Notes: generated by a model from the sequence alone, not told the origin. Shown: positions 25,701 through 37,907, counted from the whole stretch's first letter. The stretch: 63,838 nt of DNA, filler included, from Choristocarpus tenellus KU-1152 (GCA_964200185.2; 11 parts of 11 records of this genome joined end to end with filler, not necessarily neighbours in it), one strand, 5' to 3'. A program made the numbers and translations.

Positions 25701-26515
25701 GGATCGGTGGGGAATGAAGCGGCGGGTCGGGGCAGGGGCAAGGGCAAGGGTAAGTGTCACGCAAGGAGCGCAGGCGAGTCACCCACCAGGCAAAGCCTTT
25801 TACGTCCCCCCTCACGCAGCGAAACGGCGGACATGGAGAAGTGCATGTGGGTCTCGGCGTGGTTGCACATTATACGGACATACAAGTCGTCTCTGCATGT
25901 TCGGTTTCGCATTGGTTTGCACGTAGGTCTTGGCTGCTTGTACATCATGTGGATTGCTCGTCCTTTGTGCGTTGGATGTGTCGTTTTTTTGGAGGTTTCC
26001 ATGGGCCATGGAACTTAGTGTTTTGATGTCTACCCTCCTTCCACGAGATGTATCTGATGGACCTGGTGTTGTGGAGGGTACGGCTTGACATTTTGGGGCT
26101 GCCGTGGAAATATTGTCAGGACCTCACTTAATGATATGATTGCCTGCACTGTTGCTTAGGACGCTGTCCTTCTTGTCGTGCTGTCTGTCTACCGTGTCAT
26201 GTGTCATGATGTCCAACCAGGACTGAGAACACTGCACTATACGACCTTCGCCCTCTCGACCCTATGGTACCCTTAGACCGCCTGAAAGAGTTCACCTTCC
26301 GCAATGCGCCAAAGCTCGCCATAGTGTCCATTGCCGCCGAGCCAAGACCCCTCAACGACGAAGAGGCGACCAACACACACTTGCGCGAGGTGGTTAAGTG
26401 CTTGCAGGTGAAGACACATCCTCAGGGCACCATTGCGCTATTTGTGCCCCACCCGTGGGCCGGGAAATTACACCGCCTAAACGAGTTGCAGAGTTCGCCA
26501 GCGCTGAAATGCGGG
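22761..26515 (+). pseudogene. decayed six-exon gene: HTH, acidic linker, PHD-like zinc finger, possible methyltransferase-like C-terminal domain; exons 22761-22903, 23258-23472, 23790-24220, 24790-25188, 25571-25840, 26221-~26515
   Basis: All five introns are phase-compatible (one GC donor at 23473). In-frame stops at 22847 (TGA), 23908 and 23917 (TAG), and frameshifts near 23960 and 24950. Cys/His pattern CTEC...CPKC-x3-H-x3-C...CINC is joined across an intron. Confidence 0.65.
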
Positions 26516-27000
26516 GTATATTGCAGGAGACTATTGCAATCCGCCATGGCCGTTATCAGTCCGTCCGTGTGCCCATAGAATATTGTGTGGCCGTTCAGGA
26601 GATGTGGATTATGCCGTGTGTGTTTCTTTTTCATTTTCCCCATGTTGTTTCATGTTCTTCGTACCTTCTATTTCCTTTTGTATCTCTTGCTCTTTCCCCC
26701 AGGTTCTTCGTAGTTCTTTGTTTCATTGTACGCGAATTGCATGCTGGTGTTACTTGTCTTCACTACATTGTTTTTATCGTCTTTCCTTCTATTACAGATT
26801 TTCCTATTGTTTGCATATTTGGCACTTGTTATTTGCCTTGCGTTCCACACTCATTGTACTATTATGATGTTAGTGGTATGAGATTTCATGAATCCCTACG
26901 ATATCTACTTGTGTGATGTCACCGTCAAGTTTGACGCATGCCGGACCCACGCGCTCGCTCCCGCCTTCTCTTCATTCAGGGGCTCTTATGGCGTCGAAGG

Positions 27001-27100
27001 NNNNNNNNNNNNNNNNNNNNNNNNNNNNNNNNNNNNNNNNNNNNTTAATTAATTAANNNNNNNNNNNNNNNNNNNNNNNNNNNNNNNNNNNNNNNNNNNN
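27001..27100. other. artificial contig linker
   Basis: 44 N + TTAATTAATTAA + 44 N. Confidence 0.98.
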
Positions 27101-27181
27101 CCAACCCCCCCCAAAAAGTCAAAAACGAAAAAAAGGTGAAAAACGGCCGCCCCGCCCCCCCCCCCCCAGATACTTTGACCT
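27101..27181. mobile_element. MITE family C end
   Basis: Matches 6020-6098 and ends CCCCAGATACTTTGACCT. Confidence 0.7.
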
Positions 27182-29959
27182 TCAGAAAGTACAAGAGATC
27201 CCGCACAGGGGTATCGCAATTGAGATTCTAATGAGTTTGCAACAGGGTGGGTCTTGGGGAAGCGTAAGCCCGAAAAGAATGTGGGAAAGGTGTCAGATGT
27301 ACAAAAGGGGAAGAAGATAAGGACTGAGTTGCTAGCCCTGAGTGAAGCTGCCCCACTGTCCCCAGATGAAGAAGGAAAAAGCTGAAGACGGATGAGGAGG
27401 AAGAGGAGAGCGGGGTGAAGGAGGAGAACCTTATTTTTCTCGCTGGGGCAGATAATAACACGCACCGAATGTTAGAGATTGAGGAGGATATAGGAAGAAC
27501 AAGGAAGAGTAAGAGGAGGATGTGTATGAAGAGGCGGATGGAATTATGGCAGCCCATATAGAAATTTAGAGAAATAATGAGCCTGCATGAGCTCAAAACA
27601 CCCCTATCCTTCAATCCTTTATTGACGTCAAATATCAATGAACAACAAGGCCCAGAAGGCCAATCCCTCACAATGACATGCAACCATACCCACTGCTAGC
27701 AGCAGAATGTACCAAATATGTATCTGTGCTATCTTTGCTTTTTCATCGCCAAAATACTTCTGAATGCTTCACTGCTATCCTGACAGTAAACGCTGTATTT
27801 CTTGGGCCCTTTAACACTCCCAATACCACCACCTATTCCCAACCTAAGCATGTTAAGATAGACTTTCTACCACCGTATGCTTCTCATGAAAAACATTAGC
27901 TCTCCTTTTAGAGTTGTGAACCAATGGGGATTACTATCAGCCCCGTCCTTTTGATCACGATTAACTGATAACTAAGTACTTTCGACCAATTAGTTGGATA
28001 TTCTGAGCGTCATCCACATGAGCGAATACACGCCTCCTCCGAGAGTTCTTATTTATGTCGCATAACATGACAAACGCGTACACATACATGTGCAATGTTA
28101 ACCTCTATAATCTTGCTTTGGGCAGGACACCTCTCACCACTCAGGAGGCGTATTTCTTCATGGGTACACCTTTCGCCATCCTGGCGCCATGTGCGAAGAC
28201 CCAAACGATTAATCGGGATTGAACCCTGAGAGCTGAACTCATTGAAATGGTGAAAAGTGTCTAATCCTCTTGGTTAGCAAGTCTATGTTCTCTCATCAAT
28301 TCTTACGCAATTTCCACCTCATTCCAACAATCTCAAAGCATTCATGGAACACCTTCATACCGTGTGATACCTGTCAGTTTCAGTAATCCCCTCACACCCT
28401 TAACCTAACTTCGTTTTTCCATAAACTTCCCTATGGGCATATATATGGCAATCTATTCCTATACTTCCATAATATTAATTAGAAGTAACATATTAGGGGT
28501 GTTTGAGTATTGTTTGTAAGTAAATTTGAAACTTTGATATTGTCGTGCCATAACTAGTGTGGAATTGAATTATAGTATTGATGACAACAAAATCTTCCTA
28601 AACAGTAAAACTAGAAGTAACACTACTATACAGTCGGTGTGAATATAAGCCTGGATATTCTCATCAATCAATTAGTAGGATTTGGAAAGATTGCGTGCGA
28701 TTTAGAATCCTAAAAGGCGGACCGACTTTTTGAGGGTTCGCTGAATTCGCGCATCTAGGAACCGTGTGCAATATCCTGGGATAACATTCCCGCCCACCCC
28801 CAAAAGACGGTCGTTGCTGGATTTAAATGACTCAATTCTGTTTCGCAATAAATAATAATACTACATTCTTAATGGAAATCCCAACGGCTTCACACCTTCA
28901 CAGTATTTCATAGAAAAAGGTGTCTGGACGTTTACCTGTTTGTCGTGGGTCCTGATCCATTGTGAGCCCCTCGACTAACCTGTGTCAAAGCTCTCACCTG
29001 GAGGATATTAGGGAGGAATATAGGACTGAACGAAAAGGAGGCACAAAATAGATACTATCAATAATCCACACCGTCTGACTGAATATGGCTACGGCTACGG
29101 TGAGTTGGTTGAACATCCAATCTCCCTTGCGTACTTCTGTCGTACAAGTCTGGAGGGTTTCTAGCGTGATTGAAATCCATCGTGGTTGGCGATCGATCTG
29201 TGATTACGCCTTGATTCTGTTTGATGTCGAGTCCCATGCTGTCGGCAGACCTCTCTACAGAAAACATGGTGACTGGCGTTTTTCAGGACACCACAATTCC
29301 CTTTCAACATGCCCTGACCTCTTCGGGCTTGGAATAGACGTTTGTGTATCAGAATTCCCTATAAATAACTCACTTAGATAAAGAACCACGGGTTTGACGG
29401 GGTAGCCTTTGGGATTTGATCGCCTCTTTGCCTACCCCTACTACAACTACCCCCCCAACAGTACGTTCATGCTCTGATTCATGCCTGATATGGAGTGGGT
29501 GACGAAGGCTTCCTTGGATGTAGCTTGTAACCCACGTACTATTTTTCAGCTTGGAAAAAGCGCTTCCCAGAGTCTTCATAGTATCATTTGACCGCAACAC
29601 TTGGCGTCAATGGCTGTGATCCAACTCCGACATTCGGTAACTCCAGAAAACGAGGAAATGATGTTTTCCCTCGACTATATAACCGACCGCAATCATTGGA
29701 GGGAGAACAATCCGAGTGCTACCCCTATAGCCCCCTGGCTGTCCGCGCAACTTCGTTGCTTATTAAAAAAAAAGTGTGTGGCAACAACGCCAACCCTACA
29801 GGAATGAGAGCATCAACTCGGACGACCATACATCATAGCCCCGTCCGTTGAAGTATAGCTACAAGTGTCTTACAGAAGACATAACGCTTCACCAATACTC
29901 CAATACCCATAAACTCATGCCAAGCTTCTGCTATTGCTTCAACTCACCCTCCATAACAG

Positions 29960-30139
29960 CAAACCCCCGCAGTGAACCTCATGCGACCTGTTGGTGGAGG
30001 TCCAGCGAACACCACTGGTATCCTGCGGAAGGGGTGGTCACTGGATGACTTCGAGATTGGACGACGCCTAGGGGAGGGAAAGTTTGGTCGTGTCTATCTG
30101 GCGAGGGAGAAGAAGTCGGGTTACATCACTGCAATAAAG
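29960..30139 (+). CDS. Aurora-family Ser/Thr kinase, exon encoding the start of the kinase domain (gene truncated by contig end; possible first exon 29610-29636)
   Basis: [35 protein letters not shown] is the Aurora subdomain I-II signature. Flanked by CAG and GT. Confidence 0.9.
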
Positions 30140-31071
30140 GTGTAAATGGCCTACCGCGAATAATACCTCAAAATTTCGTTTCGAAATATGTGTCGCACTA
30201 TATGTGTGCAAATTCATGGTGGTTGTTAAATTGTAAATTGGATTGAGTATTATGACTTCATCGAGTACAACGTCCACATTTGGGGGGGTGCTAGATGTGC
30301 ATGAATGTAGATACACCCCTAGATGTAAAAAGAGTATAAGGTCAGAGTCCAAGAATATATTTTTTGTACTGTGGGACAGATGTAATTCGATAAGGATGAA
30401 TATATGTATACTGATGTGCATTTCAAGTGTGCCAAGTGACAACAATGTCTCTGAGAGTGAGATGAACACTTTGGCTGAGTTCACGGTTGGGGTTAAGGTT
30501 TTGTAACTGGTCCATATTCAGGGTTAGGGATGCTGTTGGGGTTGTGGATGTATGTACTGTATTTTGAATAGGGTCGCTACTGGTCCGGTACTTTCATACC
30601 ATTCTTTTTTTTTATCAAGTATGCAGTTACAACATTCATCAGTTTTAGAATGTTCCAAGTATTGGGGTTAGAATGCCCCAATTCCTCGAGCATATTGTGA
30701 CAGTTGGGGGCATTCCTGGGCATTCAAGTTGTTTTTGAAAAAAATAGAGTAGTAAGCTGTTTGGGGTTACATTGCTATATTCCTTGTGATTTAAAGGAGA
30801 TTGTAATTAATGTGATGAATTTCAGGATATACTTGTGGGTTTGGGGTTACCTATACACAAAGGAGGTGAGTAAATTGATGATGGGAGCACTGTACGAGAA
30901 ACATCTCCTATTCAGATCTTTTCTTTTTTCTTTTGTATTGATAAGTACTGTTTCCGAAACACTGTGATGGCATTATTCATGCCAACGAGTTTAGGGGAGG
31001 CCCTGCAGTAAGAAAGTTTGGAAAGGGTTTCCTCAATGGAAGGGAGGCCCTGAGAGGCATCTTGTATTGTC

Positions 31072-31171
31072 NNNNNNNNNNNNNNNNNNNNNNNNNNNNN
31101 NNNNNNNNNNNNNNNTTAATTAATTAANNNNNNNNNNNNNNNNNNNNNNNNNNNNNNNNNNNNNNNNNNNN
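31072..31171. other. artificial contig linker
   Basis: 44 N + TTAATTAATTAA + 44 N. Confidence 0.98.
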
Positions 31172-31211
31172 CCAACTGGACAGCCGCCACCCCCCCCATA
31201 TACTTTGAGTC
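31172..31211. mobile_element. MITE family B terminus
   Basis: ...GGACAGCCGCCACCCCCCCATATACTTTGAGTC. Confidence 0.65.
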
Positions 31212-33292
31212 TTTTACTCAAGCAGACAGTGGTTGACATGAAAGCGTGTTTGGGTATACTGTGGTTAACACATTTTGGGGCAAGTGTGTGTCATAGTTCA
31301 ACAAGACACCTGCAGGTTCGGTCAGTTCGTCTGAAGGAATGTTTTACTCAATTAGACTTTGTTTGAAGAGAAATATGTACTGGTACGTCTGTGCAAACTG
31401 ATGTTCTCGCCTAAGAAAAACTCTTGCCCCGAGAGGATGCGTTACATCTCTTCCCTGTAAGTACCAATGTCAAGAAGCTATAGAAAGACAAAATAGAGGA
31501 GGTGGTATACAGGTAAATTTAAGGATGGAGATTAGGATGAAGTCAAAGAGAGAAATGAGTGGCTTCTCCGCAGGATCTCCCAGAATGTAGCAACTGTATG
31601 CCCGAAAGACAAGGTGAGGATACGTTAGGCATACCAGAACAAGAGAACAAGGTATCGATATTCATAGTCACTAAAAGGAATGTAGGAGAGCAGAAGTTGG
31701 AACCAAGAAGCCATACACATCAGAGCACACGGAAATATGTATGGGTTGCATAGGTTGTAGTCTACAATGAAATTATAAATCAATTTAATTTACATTTATC
31801 TATTATTTATATATATATTTCCTTCCGAACTCACACTTTTGTTTTAGGAGTTTTTGTTCTGCCTTCCTTTCCTTTGCTTTCCTCTCTTTGGGTCTAGCCC
31901 TCCTATTTTTTTCTTCCCACTTTTTTGCCTCCCACTATTATTTTTTATACATATTATCGGTTAAGTGAAACAGGTGGAAAGAAGCCGACAGGTTCTTCGA
32001 AATTAAGGGGAGCGGGAAGACCCACAGGACGACAGATCAAAGAGAGACAAAGTCAAAGAGGGAGAGCAATCCCTCAGAAGATCACTCCGGAAAAGAGTGA
32101 ACAAGTGGGAAAGTGAAGGAGGGGGCTTTTGGTAAAGTCACTCCAAACCACCCAATCATATTTCAAGCAGATGTTACCTTCAATATGCAACAACAATTGC
32201 CATATGAATATCATGATATTCAAGATAGGTCACCTTCAGAGTATACCTTCTGTGGAAGATGACTCTCACAGTTAATTTTATAAATACATTTTTGTTTGTT
32301 GGGTTGTTTTTTTCCTTCAAATTAAAAACAGAATATCCCAATTAAACTTGAAAATATACTATTTTGCGCACTAGCAACCTCGAGTATGCTTTGTGCTCGG
32401 GGGGATAAGATAGGCAATCAGCAGATATCCGGTAGGTCATGAATAGCATAGGGGTTGTGAGTCTATTCCTTTACAGTACTTACACAGACACAGAATAGAA
32501 CCTTGCAGTCTATGGAACAGATACCCATGCATATACATTACTCACATTTGTGTTTGGAAAGATTGGAACGGAGGACCCATTAGTTGTACGCCTAATCAGA
32601 GCTATATACTTTGTAACTTTTGAAGGTCTGGTTCAGAAAGAACAAGTGTATACCCGGATTAGGCCAGATGCAGATGGAGTGAGATTGTATCCTGTAACGT
32701 TTAGGAGGGACACTCCCAAAGGACACAAGGATGTACATTATTAACAGTTGTGTTTAGGGAGATCGGGACTGCGGACCCATTCATTCTAGGTCATGTCAGA
32801 GATGCAAGCTTTGTAATTTTTAAAGGTGTGTTTTTGAAGGAATTAGTATACTCGGATTAGGTCAGATGCAAACTGACGCTGCTGGTATTCTGTGACCCTT
32901 GGGACACATTCTCTCAAGGAAAACAAGAATATATTGTTGATCTATTTTGGGCCTAGTCGGAGATATATTATTATTTCAAAGTGTATACTCTGATTTGGTC
33001 AAATATTTATTGATTCTGACTGTGTCTTATGACTTTGGGGGATTCGTTCCCAAAACAAACAAGGAGATATGTCGATCATTGTTGGAAACAACGGGTGAAT
33101 TTGGAACTGGAATCCCTGTGTCGGAAACAACTAAGTTTAAACTGGAGTCCCTGCGAAACCCATTTGAAGTCCCTGTGTTAGAAACAACCAGCTAGTTCGG
33201 AACTGGAGTCCCTCTGTCATCTAAGGACAACCAATACATGAGCTGCAATATGATTGAGGTGATAGACGATATCTATTGCCTTAACCCATGAC

Positions 33293-33540
33293 AATCGCCT
33301 GTGGTAAGCATGAAACATGTATACCTAGTTCACGCTGGGGGGCATGTTGCAGGCGAAAGTATTTTTTCTCGTGCTCTAACCAGCGCGAGCAGCAAACGCA
33401 CGCGTGGAGCCCAAGAAGGAGAACTCCGATTTGCTTAAATTTGCAGAGTAATATCTGTAACTTAAGAATAAAACGGTTTTCATATGAATTATCGCGTCTG
33501 TAAACTCGAAACACGGATTGATGGTTAGAGGCGCCTACCA
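33293..33540 (+). mobile_element. 3' end of an LTR retroelement: pre-LTR sequence, PPT, short LTR (33345-~33540)
   Basis: 33293-33358 is nearly identical to 34608-34673. CTGGGGGGCA (PPT) is followed by TGTTGCAGGCGAA. Candidate end ...CCTACCA. Confidence 0.6.
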
Positions 33541-33561
33541 GTCACTCTCTTTTAATCCCTG

Positions 33562-33888
33562 TTGTACACACTTGCATTGAATGAGAGTATACCTTCATCT
33601 GCTGACCTGATATTCACCATCCTTGTTGGACATTTTGGCTGTCAGACACGAGCCCACGTCCTACTGACACCTCTTGCCCAAGGAAAACCCTTGCCTAGAG
33701 AGGATGCATTATGCCTTTTCCCCACAGATGCCACTGTCAAGAAGTCATGGAGAGACGAGAAGGGAAGAGATAAGTGGTACAAAGGTACAGTTTTTGACTT
33801 CAAGTCACCTTACTGGAGGGTATGGTTTAATGATGGGGATTGGGAGGAAATGAACAAAAGAGAAATGAGTTGCTTCTCCCAAAAATGA
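33562..33888 (+). CDS. ORF fragment ending in a Tudor-like (SH3-fold) domain, likely the C-terminus of a retroelement protein
   Basis: VKKSW...KWYKGTVFDFKSPYWRVWFNDGDWEEM resembles the Tudor/PTM-DIR17-like pattern (yxGxV...xxVxYeDGDxEe). Intronless and embedded among LTR pieces. Confidence 0.6.
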   Translation: MYTLALNESIPSSADLIFTILVGHFGCQTRAHVLLTPLAQGKPLPREDALCLFPTDATVKKSWRDEKGRDKWYKGTVFDFKSPYWRVWFNDGDWEEMNKREMSCFSQK

Positions 33889-34660
33889 TCCACCAGGTAA
33901 CCACTATGCATCCAGAAGGCAAGGTACGTGAGGACTAATCAATTCATGTAAGAACACAGGCAGGAATCAAACATTGACAGTCCTAGTCCCCACAGAACGT
34001 AAGATAGGAGAAGTCAGAAACATGAAGTAACCCATATCAGCCCAGGCAGTAGTTTATGTAGGGTGCTTTGTTTTCTATTTTTTCCCTTTCTTTCCCTTTT
34101 CTTATTTTGTATTTTTTTGTATTGTTAATTTTTAGTTATCCCTTCTTGTTTTTTGTATTTTTTTTGTTTATTTATTTTCTTTCCTTTTCTTTCCTTTCTG
34201 TCAGCCCTGGTATCCCCGTATAACTGCACTTTGCTGTACATTGCTTGAGTTCTCCCTCCTCTTTCCCTCCCTCCTTTCTTTTTTATTTTTCTTTTCTTTT
34301 CGTTTTTGGTGGAGGCCGACGTTGATGTTATTGCCTTTGTTACGCACTAGCAGCTGTCAGTATGCTTCGTGCTGGGGGGCATGAAACAGGCAATAATCAA
34401 ATAATACTTGGCACTCTAGGGAAGCTGTTCTTTAGAGAGAATGAATATATCCTCAGATTGGGCTAGATGTAGACAGATTTTCACAAATAAGTCAAGGATA
34501 GATGTCGAGGACCTAGTAGGAGTACGGTATCCTTTTTCTCTCCCTCCTTTTTTTGCAACAGGATGATCTGAGGTGATTGATGATATCTGTTGTCTTCACC
34601 GGTGAAAATCGCCTGTGGTAAGCGTGAAACATATATATTGCTAGTTCACGCTGGGGGGCA

Positions 34661-35165
34661 TGTTGCAGGCGAATAGCGTGAGTGTTTCTTTTGTGTTCCA
34701 ACGAAGTGCGAGCATTTCTTACACACGAATAGCGCGAGCATTTTCTCCTCATGTTTTAGGAGATACTATCATTTGTGACAGACTTATAGTGTGAGAATTG
34801 TTTCTCGAGTTCTGACAAGTACGAACTATATATACGATATTAGTAACACATAGGTAGCCTTACAGAAAAAATGATGATTTCGTAGAAGATGCAGAGTAAG
34901 ATTCGGAATACCTACGTAACATTACAGAAGAAAATATGTCAAAGTAACTAAGAAGTTGAAGAATAAAGGTTTACGGTTGGAGTACCTATAGAGCAGTTGA
35001 TAGAAGACCAACGAAATTGGGTGGATGATGAAAATAAGAAGAGGGCTTTAGTGAAAACACTTTTACCCCTCTTATGTCAGTCTTACCTTTTCAACGAAAC
35101 TTTGAGTCAAGTTTTGAGCTAAACACTGAGTGGAGTATCAAGAGAAGGCTATCTGACACCCTACA
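34661..35165 (+). mobile_element. 3' LTR of an LTR retrotransposon (same family as 5312-5799)
   Basis: PPT CTGGGGGGCA immediately upstream. TGTTG...CCCTACA termini. Similar along its length to 5312-5799. Confidence 0.75.
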
Positions 35166-35202
35166 AACTGTTGTAAAGGGCAACGCACCCATAGCATCGT
35201 TT

Positions 35203-35302
35203 NNNNNNNNNNNNNNNNNNNNNNNNNNNNNNNNNNNNNNNNNNNNTTAATTAATTAANNNNNNNNNNNNNNNNNNNNNNNNNNNNNNNNNNNNNNNNNN
35301 NN
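35203..35302. other. artificial contig linker
   Basis: 44 N + TTAATTAATTAA + 44 N. Confidence 0.98.
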
Positions 35303-35325
35303 CTCCCAGATACTTTGGGTCAGAT

Positions 35326-35512
35326 ATTCCCCCGCTTTTTTTTCATTATTTCATCGGGTCTCTCCGGAAGCCTGTCCTTTCGTGGATACAAACCTTCGAA
35401 ATCTCTTGTCATAACCTTTCATTTGATACATATATATTTTTGTATGTCTGTTGGGGCTGCAAGTAAAAAAAAGCAGAAAAATCACAGAGGGCGAAGCTAC
35501 AGGTACCACCTT
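35326..35512 (+). repeat. dispersed repeat (probable DNA-transposon end); second copy at 54127-54310
   Basis: Shared TTCGTGGATACAAACCTTC...CCTTTCATTTGATA...CACAGAGGG(G)CGAAGCT...GGTACCACCTT. Similarity stops sharply after ACCACCTT. Confidence 0.75.
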
Positions 35513-36189
35513 TACATGAAAGATAAAGTTTCTACTACATGCCTGTCCATGCCTTAAATTATAAAATTTGATTCTGGAACAGTTTTGAAAAGTAGAGGCG
35601 AAGAGCGGATATTTTCGGGCCTTCAGGAGGAAATTTTGGGCTCTCCAACGCGCAATCTACCAACCCCACCGAATCACAACGAGCACCCTACAACAGATAT
35701 TGCAAGTTTCGGAAGTGCTAGTAGTGAGCCCAGGAGTCCCACAGGTGACGTGCAGATCCCATCAGGTTGTGCAGAGAGCCACACAAAGCGCGAAACGGGA
35801 TACCAACTGAGCGAGGACGGTCATTATGCCCTCGCTGTGAGATACGGTATAGACCTCCCTCAGAGGTATTAACAGCACACTGGCAGAGGAGTTCAAGGTC
35901 GGCAAGAATTATCCCGGACACCTGTGCAAGCAATTCACCGAACCGCTTGCTGAAGGGCACATGCTCAACCTGATGACAAGAATACAATCTGGTCAGTCGT
36001 CAGATTTCACCCCGTCAAAGATCACGAAGATAGGGGAAATCAACGTGAAGAACCATACCGTAGTGGACCATGGCAAGACTCACGAGAGGCGAGGTGTACG
36101 AATGCGATGTGATGATCGACCACGTATGGTGCCAGAGGTGATACATGGAGACTCTTCTGGCGATGATCAAGCAGGAAATGCCTTGATTA

Positions 36190-36399
36190 AGTCATGAGGA
36201 CGCGATCATGCAGCAGGACAGCACCACGCCCCACACTGGCCACGACACACCACGGAAGCTAAAAGAGGTCGGCAGGGAGGGGGGATGGAATATCAAGGTT
36301 GCAACGCAGCCGGCGCAATCGCCAGAACTGAACGTAAATGATATGGGGTTTTTCGCGTCCCTCAGAAGTAGAGTTTGTCACAATGATATGTTGAACTAG
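36190..36399 (+). pseudogene. Tc1/mariner (DD39D-like plant/stramenopile mariner) transposase remnant
   Basis: MQQDSTTPH...GWNIKVATQPAQSPELNVNDMGFFASL matches QQDNAxPH...QPPNSPDLNVLDLGFFxSL. The flanks are disrupted. Confidence 0.85.
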
Positions 36400-36863
36400 C
36401 CTGGAAGTATCCCCTTCATATTGTATGCACATGCTAAAAAGTGCCCTCCACAATATATTTTGTAGGTTTCTTTTAAAAGTCCTTACAGGTAGCATTATTC
36501 ACGATGGTAAATAGTAATTGGATATTTTTTTGGCGGAGAAATCGTTGTATACTTCACGGACTTGGTTCTGTGTTCTGCAGCTATGTATGGCAAGCATAAC
36601 ACAGATGGTGTACTTCAAAGTAACAAATGACGGTTTCAAGAAACTTAGTGCATATTAACGTGCAAATATTTGAAAATTGTGTACTGAGTAGGAACTGTTC
36701 CCTGATACCAGCAAGCACCCAACTGGTGTAAGTAAGCCTTGCCCAACGTTGTTGGCCTGACTGAAAATCGTGCAATTTGGTGCATTGTAATGTTCAGCCT
36801 CAATCCCGAATTTCTCAAGGTTGTCTTGGAGGCATATCTGCCAGCTATTCTCCTATCTACTTT

Positions 36864-37049
36864 GGCTTGAAGTATCTGGGGGGGGCGAGGGGAGGGGGGG
36901 TTAGACAAGGGTGTCCATTTGGACCCTAACCAGGAGAAGTGCACTTACATTATCCATCTGACGCATGCAACCAAATCACCCAAAAATCGCGGCATGGAAA
37001 AATGGGCCCTGGATGGACAGCCACGACCACCCCCCAGATACTTTGAGCC
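36864..37049 (-). mobile_element. MITE family B, complete copy
   Basis: Termini GGCTTGAAGTATCTGGGGGG / CCCCCCAGATACTTTGAGCC. Reverse complement of 10954-11142. Confidence 0.85.
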
Positions 37050-37088
37050 TTTGCTTTCTTTTCCAGCCTCGAGGTCCCCCAACACCAA

Positions 37089-37355
37089 GAGTCAAAGAAT
37101 CGTTTTTAGAGGGTAGAGGTCCACGTTCGTTTGGGGGCCAAAATCCAATGTTGCGATTTTGATATAATTTTGGCTATTGTGTTTGTTAGGAAGTGTCAAT
37201 ACCCTTGTTCCGGATACACCTTTCTATAACGTAAAAAACATTTTACTTACTCTGAAACATTTTGGAGTAGATAAAATGTCATAAAAACCCGTGGGAAGCC
37301 AAGCCCCAAACGGACAACCAGGGCAAAACTCGTACCCTCTAAGATTCTTTCACTC
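37089..37355 (+). mobile_element. MITE family A copy
   Basis: GAGTCAAAGAATC...TACCCTCTAAGATTCTTTCACTC. Similar along its length to 867-1116. Confidence 0.88.
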
Positions 37356-37495
37356 CAACACCTTAGGAAGTCACTCATATCTCCCGCACGAGTAGCTGAT
37401 ACATTGAATAGGAGTCTATGCTTGTCCACCATAGGGCTGAGGTTGATGCTCTCACACCCAGGACATGACCGGTGTGTTCCAATTTGCGAAAAAAA

Positions 37496-37745
37496 GAGTG
37501 AAAAGGGTCGAGTTTTGCCCTGTTCGTCCATTTGGGGCTTGGCTTCCCATGTTTTTTTTTATGACATTTTGCCTACTCCGAAATATTTCGGAGTAGGCAA
37601 AATGTATACGTTATGAAAAGGTGTGTCCGGAACGAGGATATTGACACTTCTTAACAAACACGATAGCAAAAATTACATCAAAATCGTAACAATGGATTTT
37701 AACCCCCAAATGGACGTGCTTCTACCCTCTAAGATACTTTGGCTC
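37496..37745 (-). mobile_element. MITE family A copy, reverse orientation
   Basis: Reverse complement of 867-1116. Ends TACCCTCTAAGATACTTTGGCTC. Confidence 0.88.
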
Positions 37746-37907
37746 AAACCTATGCATGGAGGAGGAATCTGTGATGATGCGAAATGAAGTCTCAGATAAT
37801 GAACCTGACAAAATTATCCACACCATACAACCATATAACAAAACTCCAAGCATTGCCGCCTTGAGCAATCATATCTTATCCTCAAGTGAGGCACCTAATA
37901 TTGCAGT

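Noticed and set aside
28130-29430. Possible minus-strand gene divergent from the Aurora kinase
   Set aside because: Exon-like segments are present, but phases could not be reconciled and no motif was recognised.
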